From positions 1-26,990 of the IMG/VR virus record IMGVR_UViG_3300037751_000077: a DNA stretch of 26,990 bases. One strand, written 5' to 3'. The notes beneath the pieces were generated by a model, which was not told the DNA's origin, did not search any database, and saw only the letters and a list, made by a program, of their open reading frames with translations. This DNA comes from a virus. Taxonomy: Duplodnaviria > Caudoviricetes. This document shows, piece by piece, positions 1 to 8,594 of this stretch. The position numbers were made by a program, and so were the translations under genes. Position 1 is the first letter of the stretch, and each line of letters starts with the position of its first letter.

Positions 1-2
1 TG

Positions 3-461
3 GTGTACGATGTTTTGTGTGGAAAAGATGGATGCTTTTATAAGAACCCAAATACTGAAGATATTACTAAGTATGACAATCCAGAGCCTATGCAATACAC
101 AGGTTTAAAAGACAAAGACGGCAAAGAGATTTATAAGGGGGATATCGTTAGAGTATGCTCATGTGACGATGAATTGTTATCGCTTGACGAAGTAGTGCAA
201 CTCCCTTGCGGTGTATGGTACTTAAATACAGTTGAGAATGACAGTATCTATGATATAGAGTGTGTAGTAGATGCTATTAAACACTTCACGCATTCAGAGC
301 ATAGACGTAAAACAATTTTTAAAAATTTAGAGTGTTTAAATCTAGAGATTATAGAGTCAGAGTTAAATCAGCTTTACGATATGCGAGTAGATAAACTAAA
401 TAAGTTTTGCAATGAGTGGCAGTTAAATCAACTTACACTTTTTGATATGACATGGGAATAG
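3..461 (+). CDS. YopX-family phage protein, probably 5'-truncated by the window, with an atypical C-terminus
   Basis: Motif MQYTGLKDKDGKEIYKGDIV is typical of YopX; ends in QLTLF rather than the usual EVIGNIYEN-like tail. Confidence 0.75.
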   Translation: MYDVLCGKDGCFYKNPNTEDITKYDNPEPMQYTGLKDKDGKEIYKGDIVRVCSCDDELLSLDEVVQLPCGVWYLNTVENDSIYDIECVVDAIKHFTHSEHRRKTIFKNLECLNLEIIESELNQLYDMRVDKLNKFCNEWQLNQLTLFDMTWE

Positions 462-462
462 A

Positions 463-1053
463 ATGGCAATTAATCAAGAGTTATGGAATAAAGCAAAAGC
501 ATTATTTGAACAAGGATTATCACTTACGCAAATAGAACTAGAGACAGAGATAAACAGAACTACAATATCAAAAAAAGCAAAAACAGAAAATTGGTCTAAA
601 TCAAAAAATCAACAGCTCAAAGCCGATATAAAGGCAATAGACAATGAAAAATCAACACTTGATATAAAAATCAACAGCACTGTTGAAAAATTATCCAAGC
701 TAAGTGATTATGAGATTACAATACTTGACGAACAGATACAAGACGAAACAGGCAATAGGTCGTTACTGTTTAGCACCGCGAACTTATCACTCATAAGAAA
801 AAATCAAATGCTTACAAAAAACACAAAGCAGGTAATAGAACTAAAAACATTTTACAGCGATGACGGCAAACCATTAACTAAAGAGCCTATCATTATAGAA
901 GTAGAGTTAAGCGCAAACGATTTAAAAACAATCGATGAGGGTATAGACAAAAATGCTGTAACACTAGAGCTAGCACCACGCCACGCAAACAGTCAAGTAA
1001 ACATTCAGAACACCAACGCGCAGCAAAATAACATAACCGTAGAGTGGGAATGA
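463..1053 (+). CDS. terS: Terminase small subunit
   Basis: N-terminal HTH-like segment (AKALFEQGLSLTQIELETEINRTTISKKAK); immediately upstream of terL with ATGA overlap at 1050-1053. Confidence 0.75.
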   Translation: MAINQELWNKAKALFEQGLSLTQIELETEINRTTISKKAKTENWSKSKNQQLKADIKAIDNEKSTLDIKINSTVEKLSKLSDYEITILDEQIQDETGNRSLLFSTANLSLIRKNQMLTKNTKQVIELKTFYSDDGKPLTKEPIIIEVELSANDLKTIDEGIDKNAVTLELAPRHANSQVNIQNTNAQQNNITVEWE

Positions 1054-2264
1054 AAGTAACTCTGAATTCAAAACTAAAATCTTTTGCAACGAAAAAAATA
1101 AGATATAAGGTGACCTACGGCGGAAGGGGCTCGAGCAAGAGCTGGACAATAGCCAGAATACTACTCTTGAAAGCAATGCAAAAACCAATGCGTATCTTGT
1201 GTGTACGCGAAATCCAAGACTCCATAAAAGACTCAGTGCATAAACTATTAAAAGATCAAATCGACTTACTAGAGTTACCGGGCTACACAGTACAAAACGA
1301 TGTAATTAGGCACGATAACGGAAGCGAGTTCCTTTTCAAGGGGTTATACTCAAATCTATCAAAGATTAAATCCTTCGAGGGCGTTGATGTGGTGTGGATA
1401 GAAGAGGCCGAAAGCATATCTGCTATGAGTTGGGAAGTGCTAGATCCAACAATCCGAAAACCAGGCAGTGAAATATGGATAAGCTTTAACCCACGTTTTG
1501 AAGACGACATCATTTATAAGAGCTTCATAACAAACACAAAAGAGAACTCTATAGTCATAAAAGTAAACTGGAACGACAATAAATACTTTCCAAAAGAACT
1601 ACAAGACCAAAAAGACGCAATGTTTAGAAATGATCCTGCGCTGGCCTCTCATATTTGGGATGGTGAACTTAAGAAGAACACCGAAGAGCAGATATTCAAT
1701 GGCAAGTGGACAGTAGAAGACTTTAAGGCTAAGGCTGGCACTCACTTCTACTACGGGGCAGACTGGGGCTTTAGTAACGACCCGAACACATTGAACAGGT
1801 GTTACATAGGCGCGCATGATACATATGGGGCTAACTGCTTATTTTTGGATTATGAGATCAACGATAGGCCATACGGACATGACGCACGAGCGACAAGTAC
1901 GGGGCTTGAAGAACTGCCTGCGCTTTGGGATACTGTGCCAGGCGTTAGAGAGCACATCATTAAAGCAGACAACGCGCGCCCGGAAACAATCGCGCACATG
2001 GTAAAGCACGGGTTTAATGTTCAGCCGTCACAGAAAGGGAAAGGCAGTGTAGAAGACGGGATAACTTTTATGCGAAGTTTTGACAAGATAATCGTTCACC
2101 CAAGATGCGAAAACACAAAAACAGAATTGTTAAGGTACTCGTATAAAGTCGATAAAGCAAGTGGGCAGATAACAAAAACTATCCTCGACAAGCACAACCA
2201 CAACATAGACGGAATCCGCTACGCCCTCGAAGATGCTAAAAACGCCTCATCAATGTGGTGGTAA
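1050..2264 (+). CDS. terL: Terminase large subunit (PBSX/SPP1-like)
   Basis: Walker A GGRGSSKS, Walker B WIEEAE, nuclease motifs GADWGF and NHNIDGIRYA; start moved to ATG 1050 overlapping the terS stop. Confidence 0.95.
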   Translation: MKVTLNSKLKSFATKKIRYKVTYGGRGSSKSWTIARILLLKAMQKPMRILCVREIQDSIKDSVHKLLKDQIDLLELPGYTVQNDVIRHDNGSEFLFKGLYSNLSKIKSFEGVDVVWIEEAESISAMSWEVLDPTIRKPGSEIWISFNPRFEDDIIYKSFITNTKENSIVIKVNWNDNKYFPKELQDQKDAMFRNDPALASHIWDGELKKNTEEQIFNGKWTVEDFKAKAGTHFYYGADWGFSNDPNTLNRCYIGAHDTYGANCLFLDYEINDRPYGHDARATSTGLEELPALWDTVPGVREHIIKADNARPETIAHMVKHGFNVQPSQKGKGSVEDGITFMRSFDKIIVHPRCENTKTELLRYSYKVDKASGQITKTILDKHNHNIDGIRYALEDAKNASSMWW

Positions 2265-2271
2265 CAAAATA

Positions 2272-2280
2272 CGCTATAAT
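2272..2280 (+). promoter_or_regulatory. Putative sigma70 -10 box upstream of portal
   Basis: CGCTATAAT in the terL-portal gap, about 30 nt before the ATG. Confidence 0.5.
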
Positions 2281-2310
2281 TTAAGCAAAACTTATAAATA
2301 AGGCATAGGA

Positions 2311-3639
2311 ATGAGCAGAGGCCAAAGATCAAACAGGACACACGCAAGAAAGACCCAAAACGATGGCCTGCGTGATGCACTTAGCGGCATAGGCGGCGAA
2401 AAGGATATCCTAGCCACAGGCATGATGGGCTTTGCAAATTACGTCACTCGCAACTACACTATGCTCTCACGAATGTACCGAGGCAATATCTGGGTAAAGA
2501 AAGCGGTCTCGATTCCTGCAAGCTATGCGGTCAAAGGGTGGCGCAAAATCGAAGATGAAGCCTTTATGAAGATCGAGCGCAAAATCAAACTCAAAACTCA
2601 AACGTCCGAAGCTCTAAAATGGGCGGCACTCTTTGGCGGGTCGATGGCGGTTTTGATTGTTGATGATGGCCTCTCTCCAGATCAGCCTATAAACTATAAA
2701 GCCTTGAAAGAAGATAGCTTTAAAAGAGTTGTAATCGTAGACAGATGGAAAGTTACATTTACCGGTATCGAGCAGGACCCGCTCAGCGATAACTTTATGG
2801 AGCCCGAAAGCTACTTAGTAACTATCAATGGACGATCGGCACGATATCACCCATCACGATGTCATAAGTTCATAACAGATACATTGCCGTGGGATGAAAT
2901 GGTCACGGAACAATACTGGGGTATTTCTCAAATCGAGATCATATATCGTCAACTTATAGCAGACGATGTTTTTCTTTCAAGCGTAGCCAACATGATGAAG
3001 AAAGCAACCGTTGACATCATGGGAATCCCAAATCTTTCTATGATGATAAAGAACGGTCAAGAAGAGCAGGTAAAAGAGCGGGTTAGAATAGCGCAGAGTG
3101 CAATGAGCACCCTAAATACTTGGGTCAAGGACGCAGGGGCTAACGGCCAAAATGCAGAGACTTACGAGAGAATAACGCAGGCCTTCGCAGGGTTTGACAC
3201 GATGGATATTCAATCACTTAACCGCATAGCAGCCGCTTCTGAAATCCCTGCCACTATCTTCTTAGGAAAAAGCCCTGACGGCATGAATGCAACGGGCGAC
3301 AGCGATATATCAATCTTCACAGACAGACTATCTACGATGCGTGAAATTACGATAGATCCATTCTTGGAAAAAGTAGATAAAATTATTTCGGCTTGCATCA
3401 GTATCGAGCAGCCAACCTACGACTGGGTGAACCCGTTCCCTAAATCTGAAAAGGACGAGGCAGACATTAGAACAATCAACATGGACACGATACTAAAGAT
3501 GTCAAGTCTTGAAATACCTGATAGCGTTCTAGTACATAGAATGGCAGATTGGGGAATATTAGAGGGCGAAGACGTAGACGATACCATTAAAGCCATGGAA
3601 GAGATGGAACCATTCGAAATTGAAGAGGAGCTGGTATGA
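2311..3639 (+). CDS. Portal protein (DUF1073-like)
   Basis: Follows terL; 442 aa; motifs ALKWAALFGGS, RYHPSR, IAAASEIPATIFLGKSPDGMNATGDSD. Confidence 0.9.
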   Translation: MSRGQRSNRTHARKTQNDGLRDALSGIGGEKDILATGMMGFANYVTRNYTMLSRMYRGNIWVKKAVSIPASYAVKGWRKIEDEAFMKIERKIKLKTQTSEALKWAALFGGSMAVLIVDDGLSPDQPINYKALKEDSFKRVVIVDRWKVTFTGIEQDPLSDNFMEPESYLVTINGRSARYHPSRCHKFITDTLPWDEMVTEQYWGISQIEIIYRQLIADDVFLSSVANMMKKATVDIMGIPNLSMMIKNGQEEQVKERVRIAQSAMSTLNTWVKDAGANGQNAETYERITQAFAGFDTMDIQSLNRIAAASEIPATIFLGKSPDGMNATGDSDISIFTDRLSTMREITIDPFLEKVDKIISACISIEQPTYDWVNPFPKSEKDEADIRTINMDTILKMSSLEIPDSVLVHRMADWGILEGEDVDDTIKAMEEMEPFEIEEELV

Positions 3640-4163
3640 CAACTGTAAATGATAAATTAGGATATATTGCCTCATCAACCGAACAGCAGACCGAAATACA
3701 TAACGGCAATATGTTTGGAATGGATAAAGAAGGCACGATCCCCGCCTCATCCTCTATCGTACTTCTCGGGAAAGTAGGAGCCAAAGAAATTCATTTTCAT
3801 AGCATCACGGGCCAATTTGCAAAAGGGGGAATTAGAATATCTCTATTTGAAGCACCTACTACGACCTTGAATGGAACACCAGTAAGTGGCAAAAACTTTA
3901 ACCGAAATTATAGCGATGCACATACTATTCAAATATTTAACGCGCCAACCGTTACAGATAACGGCACCCCTCTGCCATCAATCTTCCACCCGCTCACAGG
4001 GGTAGGCGTAAACATATTGAACGCAAACTTGTCAATCGGGGGCGGTCGTGTTTTAAAGCGAAACACAGATTATTTAATTAAAATTGAAAATACCGACAGT
4101 TCAACAGTCGCATACGGGATAAATCTGCTTTGGTCAGAGTCAACAGTGAGCACGATACAATAA
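3636..4163 (+). CDS. Hypothetical beta-rich protein, possibly a virion component
   Basis: 175 aa; GAGGAG RBS; ATGA overlap with portal and TAATG overlap with the next gene; T/G/N/P-rich. Confidence 0.7.
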   Translation: MTTVNDKLGYIASSTEQQTEIHNGNMFGMDKEGTIPASSSIVLLGKVGAKEIHFHSITGQFAKGGIRISLFEAPTTTLNGTPVSGKNFNRNYSDAHTIQIFNAPTVTDNGTPLPSIFHPLTGVGVNILNANLSIGGGRVLKRNTDYLIKIENTDSSTVAYGINLLWSESTVSTIQ

Positions 4164-4936
4164 TGCGTAAAACAAGCGCTATAAGAGAACCCCGAAAAGT
4201 AGAGATACAATATCGCAAAGCACTACTTGTCCGCGTGGAGTGGCTAAAAGAACATCAAGCGCAGATAATCAAAGAGCTCAAAAAGAATGAGGGTAGATAT
4301 CAAGGAGACGCGCCTGCCGATGATCTACGCGCTACTATCAATAAACGAAAAGAGTTATACAGCGCTAGATTTACGCACAAGATGTCGACCAACTTAGCAA
4401 AAACATTCTATAAGAGAATAGACTCCTATAATTCTAAAAAGATAGGTAGTGCTCTTGAGGCGCTTGGCATCGATTTAGAATATATTTTAAAAAGAGAAAA
4501 CCTAAAAGATTTTGTGGGGACAGCAATACAAAATCAGGTGGACCTAATAACCTCAATCGGCAGTGAGCATTTTGACAAAATAGAGAAGATTGTCTATAAT
4601 GGAATGATGGAAGGCGAGGACTTCGCATCTCTTGGGAAAAAGATAGAAGAGGCAACAGGGGCCAGCGCAAAGCGTGCTAAGATGATAGCAAGAGATCAGA
4701 CTACAACGATAAACACTATGCTATCAAAGAAGAGAGCCGAGGCGGCGGGGATAACTAAGGGGGAGTGGGTGAAGCCCAAGTTTGTTAAGACTAAAAACTA
4801 CACTCCTCGCAAAAGTCACATTGCAGCAAATGGGAAGGTATTCCCACTCGATAAAGGGCTTTTGGTGGATGGCGAGTATCAGTTCCCTGGGCAGGCCATT
4901 AACTGCACCTGCTCATTTGCTTTTGTGGTGGATTAG
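4163..4936 (+). CDS. Head morphogenesis protein (Mu gpF / SPP1 gp7-like)
   Basis: RAKMIARDQT, RKSH...NGKVF and PGQAINCTC motifs; start at ATG 4163 (TAATG coupling). Confidence 0.9.
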   Translation: MRKTSAIREPRKVEIQYRKALLVRVEWLKEHQAQIIKELKKNEGRYQGDAPADDLRATINKRKELYSARFTHKMSTNLAKTFYKRIDSYNSKKIGSALEALGIDLEYILKRENLKDFVGTAIQNQVDLITSIGSEHFDKIEKIVYNGMMEGEDFASLGKKIEEATGASAKRAKMIARDQTTTINTMLSKKRAEAAGITKGEWVKPKFVKTKNYTPRKSHIAANGKVFPLDKGLLVDGEYQFPGQAINCTCSFAFVVD

Positions 4937-5135
4937 AGTCAACATATTTTATCCAAACAAATGCTGAATTAATAGCCTCTATCTCATCTTCATAAACAAA
5001 GGTATGAATTATATCTTCATACCCAAAATGTCCTACCTCACAAGACCCATTATTTTCATCAATAAAACTTCGCATCCAATACCCTAATTTTTCAGCTTCT
5101 TTTTTTTGTTCAAAAGCTTTTTCGTATTTGTTCAT
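4899..5135 (-). CDS. Hypothetical protein (accessory island 1)
   Basis: 78 aa; AAGGA RBS and ATGA overlap with the upstream gene; 3' end overlaps MuF convergently by 38 nt. Confidence 0.65.
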   Translation of the reverse strand: MNKYEKAFEQKKEAEKLGYWMRSFIDENNGSCEVGHFGYEDIIHTFVYEDEIEAINSAFVWIKYVDSNPPQKQMSRCS

Positions 5136-5356
5136 CTTCCATCCTTTCGATCAATATGCTCACCAATCTCAATAAATATATGCGCCAATACTCCTACAAA
5201 AAAACCACCGACTACCATAGCCAACACTGCTCTAAGCGCATCAAAAGTTGGAATATAAGAGTTTGCAATAAATGCCATTAGCCATATAAGCAAAAACCCA
5301 ATAATAACAACACCGGATACAGAACCGCCAAATATTAAAATAGTTTTTATATTCAT
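5132..5356 (-). CDS. Small two-TM membrane protein (accessory island 1)
   Basis: Two hydrophobic stretches (VSGVVIIGFLLIWLMAFIA; AVLAMVVGGFFVGVLAHIFI); start ATG 5356 after AAGGATTGGAG. Confidence 0.75.
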   Translation of the reverse strand: MNIKTILIFGGSVSGVVIIGFLLIWLMAFIANSYIPTFDALRAVLAMVVGGFFVGVLAHIFIEIGEHIDRKDGR

Positions 5357-5547
5357 CTCCAATCCTTTTTTAATTCTTTTTCTTTTATGATTTTAAGCAC
5401 CTCTTCTAAAATCTCTATTGCCTCGAGCTTAGAAAAAGTATTTTCAAATACGAGCTTTGCATCTCCTCCAATACTATAATTAAGGCTTGCACTATCGCTA
5501 GACATTGAAAACTTATTATCGCCCCACGAAAACATTATGTCTTTCAT
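5353..5547 (-). CDS. Hypothetical protein (accessory island 1)
   Basis: 64 aa; AAGGATGGAAGATG start context; ATGA overlaps at both ends. Confidence 0.7.
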   Translation of the reverse strand: MKDIMFSWGDNKFSMSSDSASLNYSIGGDAKLVFENTFSKLEAIEILEEVLKIIKEKELKKDWR

Positions 5548-5702
5548 CTTCCATCCTTCTTTAAAAGTCTCTCACTTTTTTTAAAATCAATGTACATATC
5601 CAAAGCATTATCAACGATGGCTTTCAATGTTCTACCATCTACTGCTTTCTCAAACTCCAACTTCTTAAACACATGGTCGCTTATATATACCGGTTTACTC
5701 AT
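5544..5702 (-). CDS. Putative ribbon-helix-helix DNA-binding protein
   Basis: MSKPVYISDHVFKKLEFEKAVDGRTLKAIVDNALDMYI fits a strand-helix-Gly-helix RHH pattern; start ATG 5702 after AAGGA. Confidence 0.65.
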   Translation of the reverse strand: MSKPVYISDHVFKKLEFEKAVDGRTLKAIVDNALDMYIDFKKSERLLKKDGR

Positions 5703-5728
5703 CGAATATCCTTGAATCAATATCAATA

Positions 5729-5737
5729 ATTATAACA
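5729..5737 (-). promoter_or_regulatory. Extended -10 promoter of the reverse-strand island
   Basis: TGTTATAAT on the minus strand with AT-rich upstream DNA, about 27 nt before the ATG at 5702. Confidence 0.7.
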
Positions 5738-5862
5738 TAAATATATAAATTTTTATATTAATTTAACTTATATTTTGAATTATGTAAAAATACAGCACAT
5801 AAATCATAAGGGAAGATGCTATAGAAAAGTTTAAATACGAAATTTGCCCTGACAGTGGTTTT

Positions 5863-6918
5863 ATGCGAGCAACAGGTATTTGTGCACGCTCCGGCTTGCA
5901 GGAGTATATGGGCTACGAATTAGGCCAGACGGGGGAAGACGCAAACAAAGTCTTTATTGTATTCAGGCCAGTTGATGAGGTTGTAGCATCCCTCTCGACA
6001 TATAACGGGGCGGTAGTCACAGACGATCACCCGGACGAGGGCATAGTGAGTTCAGACACTAACCACTTATCCCTAGGTAACACTTCTGACGCATACGGGT
6101 TTACTAAAGACAGGGAATATTATGTAGTAGCGAAAATTACAGTAACCGACTCTGCACTTATCGAGAAGATACAGGAAGGAAAACGGGAGCTATCCGCAGG
6201 GTATACACGCGACTTAGTAGAAGAAAGCGGAGAGCATAACGGCACCGCTTATCAGTTCGTACAGCGCAATATAAAAGTAAACCATGTCGCAGTCGTAGAG
6301 GCTGGCCGATGTGGCAACACTTGCAAAATAAATTTAGATACGAAAGGTAAAGAAATGGGAATCAAAATCCAACTGGATGGCAAATCCGTAACAATGGACG
6401 AAGCCGAAGTCACAAGCTACATCTCAGAGCTAAAAAAGCAAAAAGATGAAGCAATGGAAAGAGCAGACGAGGCGAAAAAAGAAGTAGACGAAATCGGCGC
6501 TAATGTCGAAGAGCTTACTAAAGTAATCGAAGAGAAGACCCTCGAACTTGTAGCACTTCAAGAACAACTTGCAGGCATGGTCACAACTGAAGAGGCCGAA
6601 GAAATGGCGGGCGAGTCTGTAGAAATCGCAGAAGATGCTGAAGAACTTGGTGTTGAACTGAAGGAGAAATCTAACGACTCAAAACGCAAAGAGATCCTTT
6701 CTGCTATCACTGCTGGTAAACACTCATTCGATTCTATCGACAAAGCATCTTTGAAAATGGTTTATCGTATTTCGGTAGATCAGGCAAAAGTGGCTAAGAA
6801 GCTACAAAAAGACGGGTACAAAGGTACACAGGCAAGCGGCGGGGCAATTGTAAAAACTGGGAATTACTCAGCTGATATGAATAGCATTTTAAAAGCTCAT
6901 AGAGAAAAAAAAGGATAA
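5863..6918 (+). CDS. DUF2213-type capsid maturation protease fused to scaffold (true start probably upstream of 5863)
   Basis: Motifs ICARSGLQEY, VTDDHP, GKRELSAGY, QRNIKVNHVAVVEAGRCG; acidic coiled-coil C-terminal half. Confidence 0.85.
   Translation: MRATGICARSGLQEYMGYELGQTGEDANKVFIVFRPVDEVVASLSTYNGAVVTDDHPDEGIVSSDTNHLSLGNTSDAYGFTKDREYYVVAKITVTDSALIEKIQEGKRELSAGYTRDLVEESGEHNGTAYQFVQRNIKVNHVAVVEAGRCGNTCKINLDTKGKEMGIKIQLDGKSVTMDEAEVTSYISELKKQKDEAMERADEAKKEVDEIGANVEELTKVIEEKTLELVALQEQLAGMVTTEEAEEMAGESVEIAEDAEELGVELKEKSNDSKRKEILSAITAGKHSFDSIDKASLKMVYRISVDQAKVAKKLQKDGYKGTQASGGAIVKTGNYSADMNSILKAHREKKG
6355..6918 (+). CDS. Putative nested in-frame scaffolding protein (187 aa)
   Basis: AAAGG at 6343-6347 lies 7 nt before in-frame ATG 6355, right after the protease domain. 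Confidence 0.55.
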   Translation: MGIKIQLDGKSVTMDEAEVTSYISELKKQKDEAMERADEAKKEVDEIGANVEELTKVIEEKTLELVALQEQLAGMVTTEEAEEMAGESVEIAEDAEELGVELKEKSNDSKRKEILSAITAGKHSFDSIDKASLKMVYRISVDQAKVAKKLQKDGYKGTQASGGAIVKTGNYSADMNSILKAHREKKG

Positions 6919-6921
6919 ATA

Positions 6922-7458
6922 ATGGCAGTAGCTAATTACACACAGCTATCAGTTACACAGGATCGAGCAAAACGATACGTAGGTCAAGTCGATACGGCTC
7001 AAATCGTAAATAATAAACATGCTATCCTAGAGAGTGGCACAGTTTTGGACGGGGCAATACTTGCAAGAGGCACGGGTGCGAAAGTAATTCCATTTACCGC
7101 AGCAAATAATGTTTTTGTAGGAATCGTAAAAAGAGACCTTTCAAATACAAATCAATACAACACAAATGAAGCGTTGTCTTATGATTCAGCTACTAACTTA
7201 GATGTTCCATTTATTAACTTTGGTTATATCGTAGTTGAGGCAGAAGCAGCGGTTGTAAAAGGCGGATCGGTATTTGTTCGTTTTGGAACAGGCACTGGTG
7301 TAACAAATGTAATAGGCGCAATCCGTGGCGATGCAGATGCAACAGGCGGCGTGGGTGAAGACGAGGCGACAGCGGTAGAAGTACCCGGTGTTATTTTTGC
7401 GGAGTCTGCAGGTGCAGGCGAATTGGTGCGCGTAGCAATTACTCGCATTTTTGAATAG
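6922..7458 (+). CDS. Head decoration / cement protein
   Basis: Between scaffold and major capsid; G/A/V-rich; GYIVVEAEAAVVKGGSVFVR. Confidence 0.7.
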   Translation: MAVANYTQLSVTQDRAKRYVGQVDTAQIVNNKHAILESGTVLDGAILARGTGAKVIPFTAANNVFVGIVKRDLSNTNQYNTNEALSYDSATNLDVPFINFGYIVVEAEAAVVKGGSVFVRFGTGTGVTNVIGAIRGDADATGGVGEDEATAVEVPGVIFAESAGAGELVRVAITRIFE

Positions 7459-7470
7459 AAAGGATAGCAC

Positions 7471-8376
7471 ATGAGTGTTGGATTATTTTTTGAAGACGAA
7501 ACACGAAGAATTTTATCAGAAACTGTTGAGAAGCAGTACGGTAAGAAAATAGCGAGAGAGATTATCCCTTTTGGTGCAAAAGCTTCAAAAGGCGATAACT
7601 CTATGGTGCAGTATGTAGTTGACTCTGTCGGCTGGATGGAATTGAAGAAAAGAATTTCAGACGATTTCGAACTTTCAGATGTTGCAAAAGAAGAAATTGC
7701 AAAAATTTTGTATGTATCTGAGACGGGGTTTGAGTACAACATTAACGAACTTTGGACAGCAATGGAGAAAAATATTTCTCTTGACGGTGAAAAAGTAAAA
7801 GCATGTTTGAGAAATTACGAAGACATGATTAACCGCACTGCCTTTATTGGTCAAGCAAACTTAGGGTTAACGGGGATAGCAAATAACTCCTATGTTGATA
7901 TTGTTACAGATATGGGGGCAACTTTTGCCGCTGCAACTTCCGAGCAGAGAGTAACATTTTTCGCATCTTTGGTTGGCAATGTATGGACTGGATCTAAAAA
8001 TACAATTTCCGCAGATGTTCTGGTTATCCCAAGCACTGAATATACAGCTATGGGTGAAAAAACATACTCCAATAGCGGTGTAGTAACAGACAAATCAGAA
8101 CTTGACATGCTTCAGACCCGTCTTAACGGAATGTATGGATCAGTAAAAATTGTTTCTTCTCTTGAACTCGAAGCACAGGGCCTTGCTGGTGTTCAGCGCG
8201 CAGTAGCTTATAAAAACGATGAAGACGTTCTTTACTTTGAAGAGACTCTACCGCTTGAGTTTAATAATGTACAAGAGAGAAACAACTTCTTCAGAGTCCC
8301 TGCAGTATGTAAAGTTGGCGGAGTTTGGGTGCGTAGACCCTATGGTATGAATTATGGCGACTACGCTAAGGCTTAA
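7471..8376 (+). CDS. Major capsid protein (HK97 fold, DUF2184-like)
   Basis: 301 aa; AFIGQANLGLTGIANN and GGVWVRRP motifs; AAGGA RBS; position in head operon. Confidence 0.85.
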   Translation: MSVGLFFEDETRRILSETVEKQYGKKIAREIIPFGAKASKGDNSMVQYVVDSVGWMELKKRISDDFELSDVAKEEIAKILYVSETGFEYNINELWTAMEKNISLDGEKVKACLRNYEDMINRTAFIGQANLGLTGIANNSYVDIVTDMGATFAAATSEQRVTFFASLVGNVWTGSKNTISADVLVIPSTEYTAMGEKTYSNSGVVTDKSELDMLQTRLNGMYGSVKIVSSLELEAQGLAGVQRAVAYKNDEDVLYFEETLPLEFNNVQERNNFFRVPAVCKVGGVWVRRPYGMNYGDYAKA

Positions 8377-8594
8377 TGATGGTAGTAGTATCTAAACAAA
8401 TCAGGGCTATCACGATAGAGGGGGTGGCGTTCACCCCTGCAAAAGAAGGCACTAAAGTTCCTGACAACAAAGTCAAGGATGTCGAGAACAGCTTTTTCTT
8501 TAAAGTGCTCGTTGGCGATGGCAGTTTTACTATCAAGCGTACAGAGATTAAAGAAGAGCCAAGAAGCTACAACAAAAAACAAAAGGCTGAGTAA
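8376..8594 (+). CDS. Small hypothetical protein after the major capsid gene
   Basis: TAATG coupling on both sides. Confidence 0.7.
   Translation: MMVVVSKQIRAITIEGVAFTPAKEGTKVPDNKVKDVENSFFFKVLVGDGSFTIKRTEIKEEPRSYNKKQKAE

Noticed and set aside
5131-5558. CRISPR-like array from the repeated 16-mer
   Set aside because: Repeats are short, about 200 nt apart and separated by intact ORFs; they coincide with RBS/start junctions
5743-5758. Inverted repeat ATATAAA-TT-TTTATAT as an RHH operator
   Set aside because: Composed only of A/T in a very AT-rich gap, so it is likely to occur by chance
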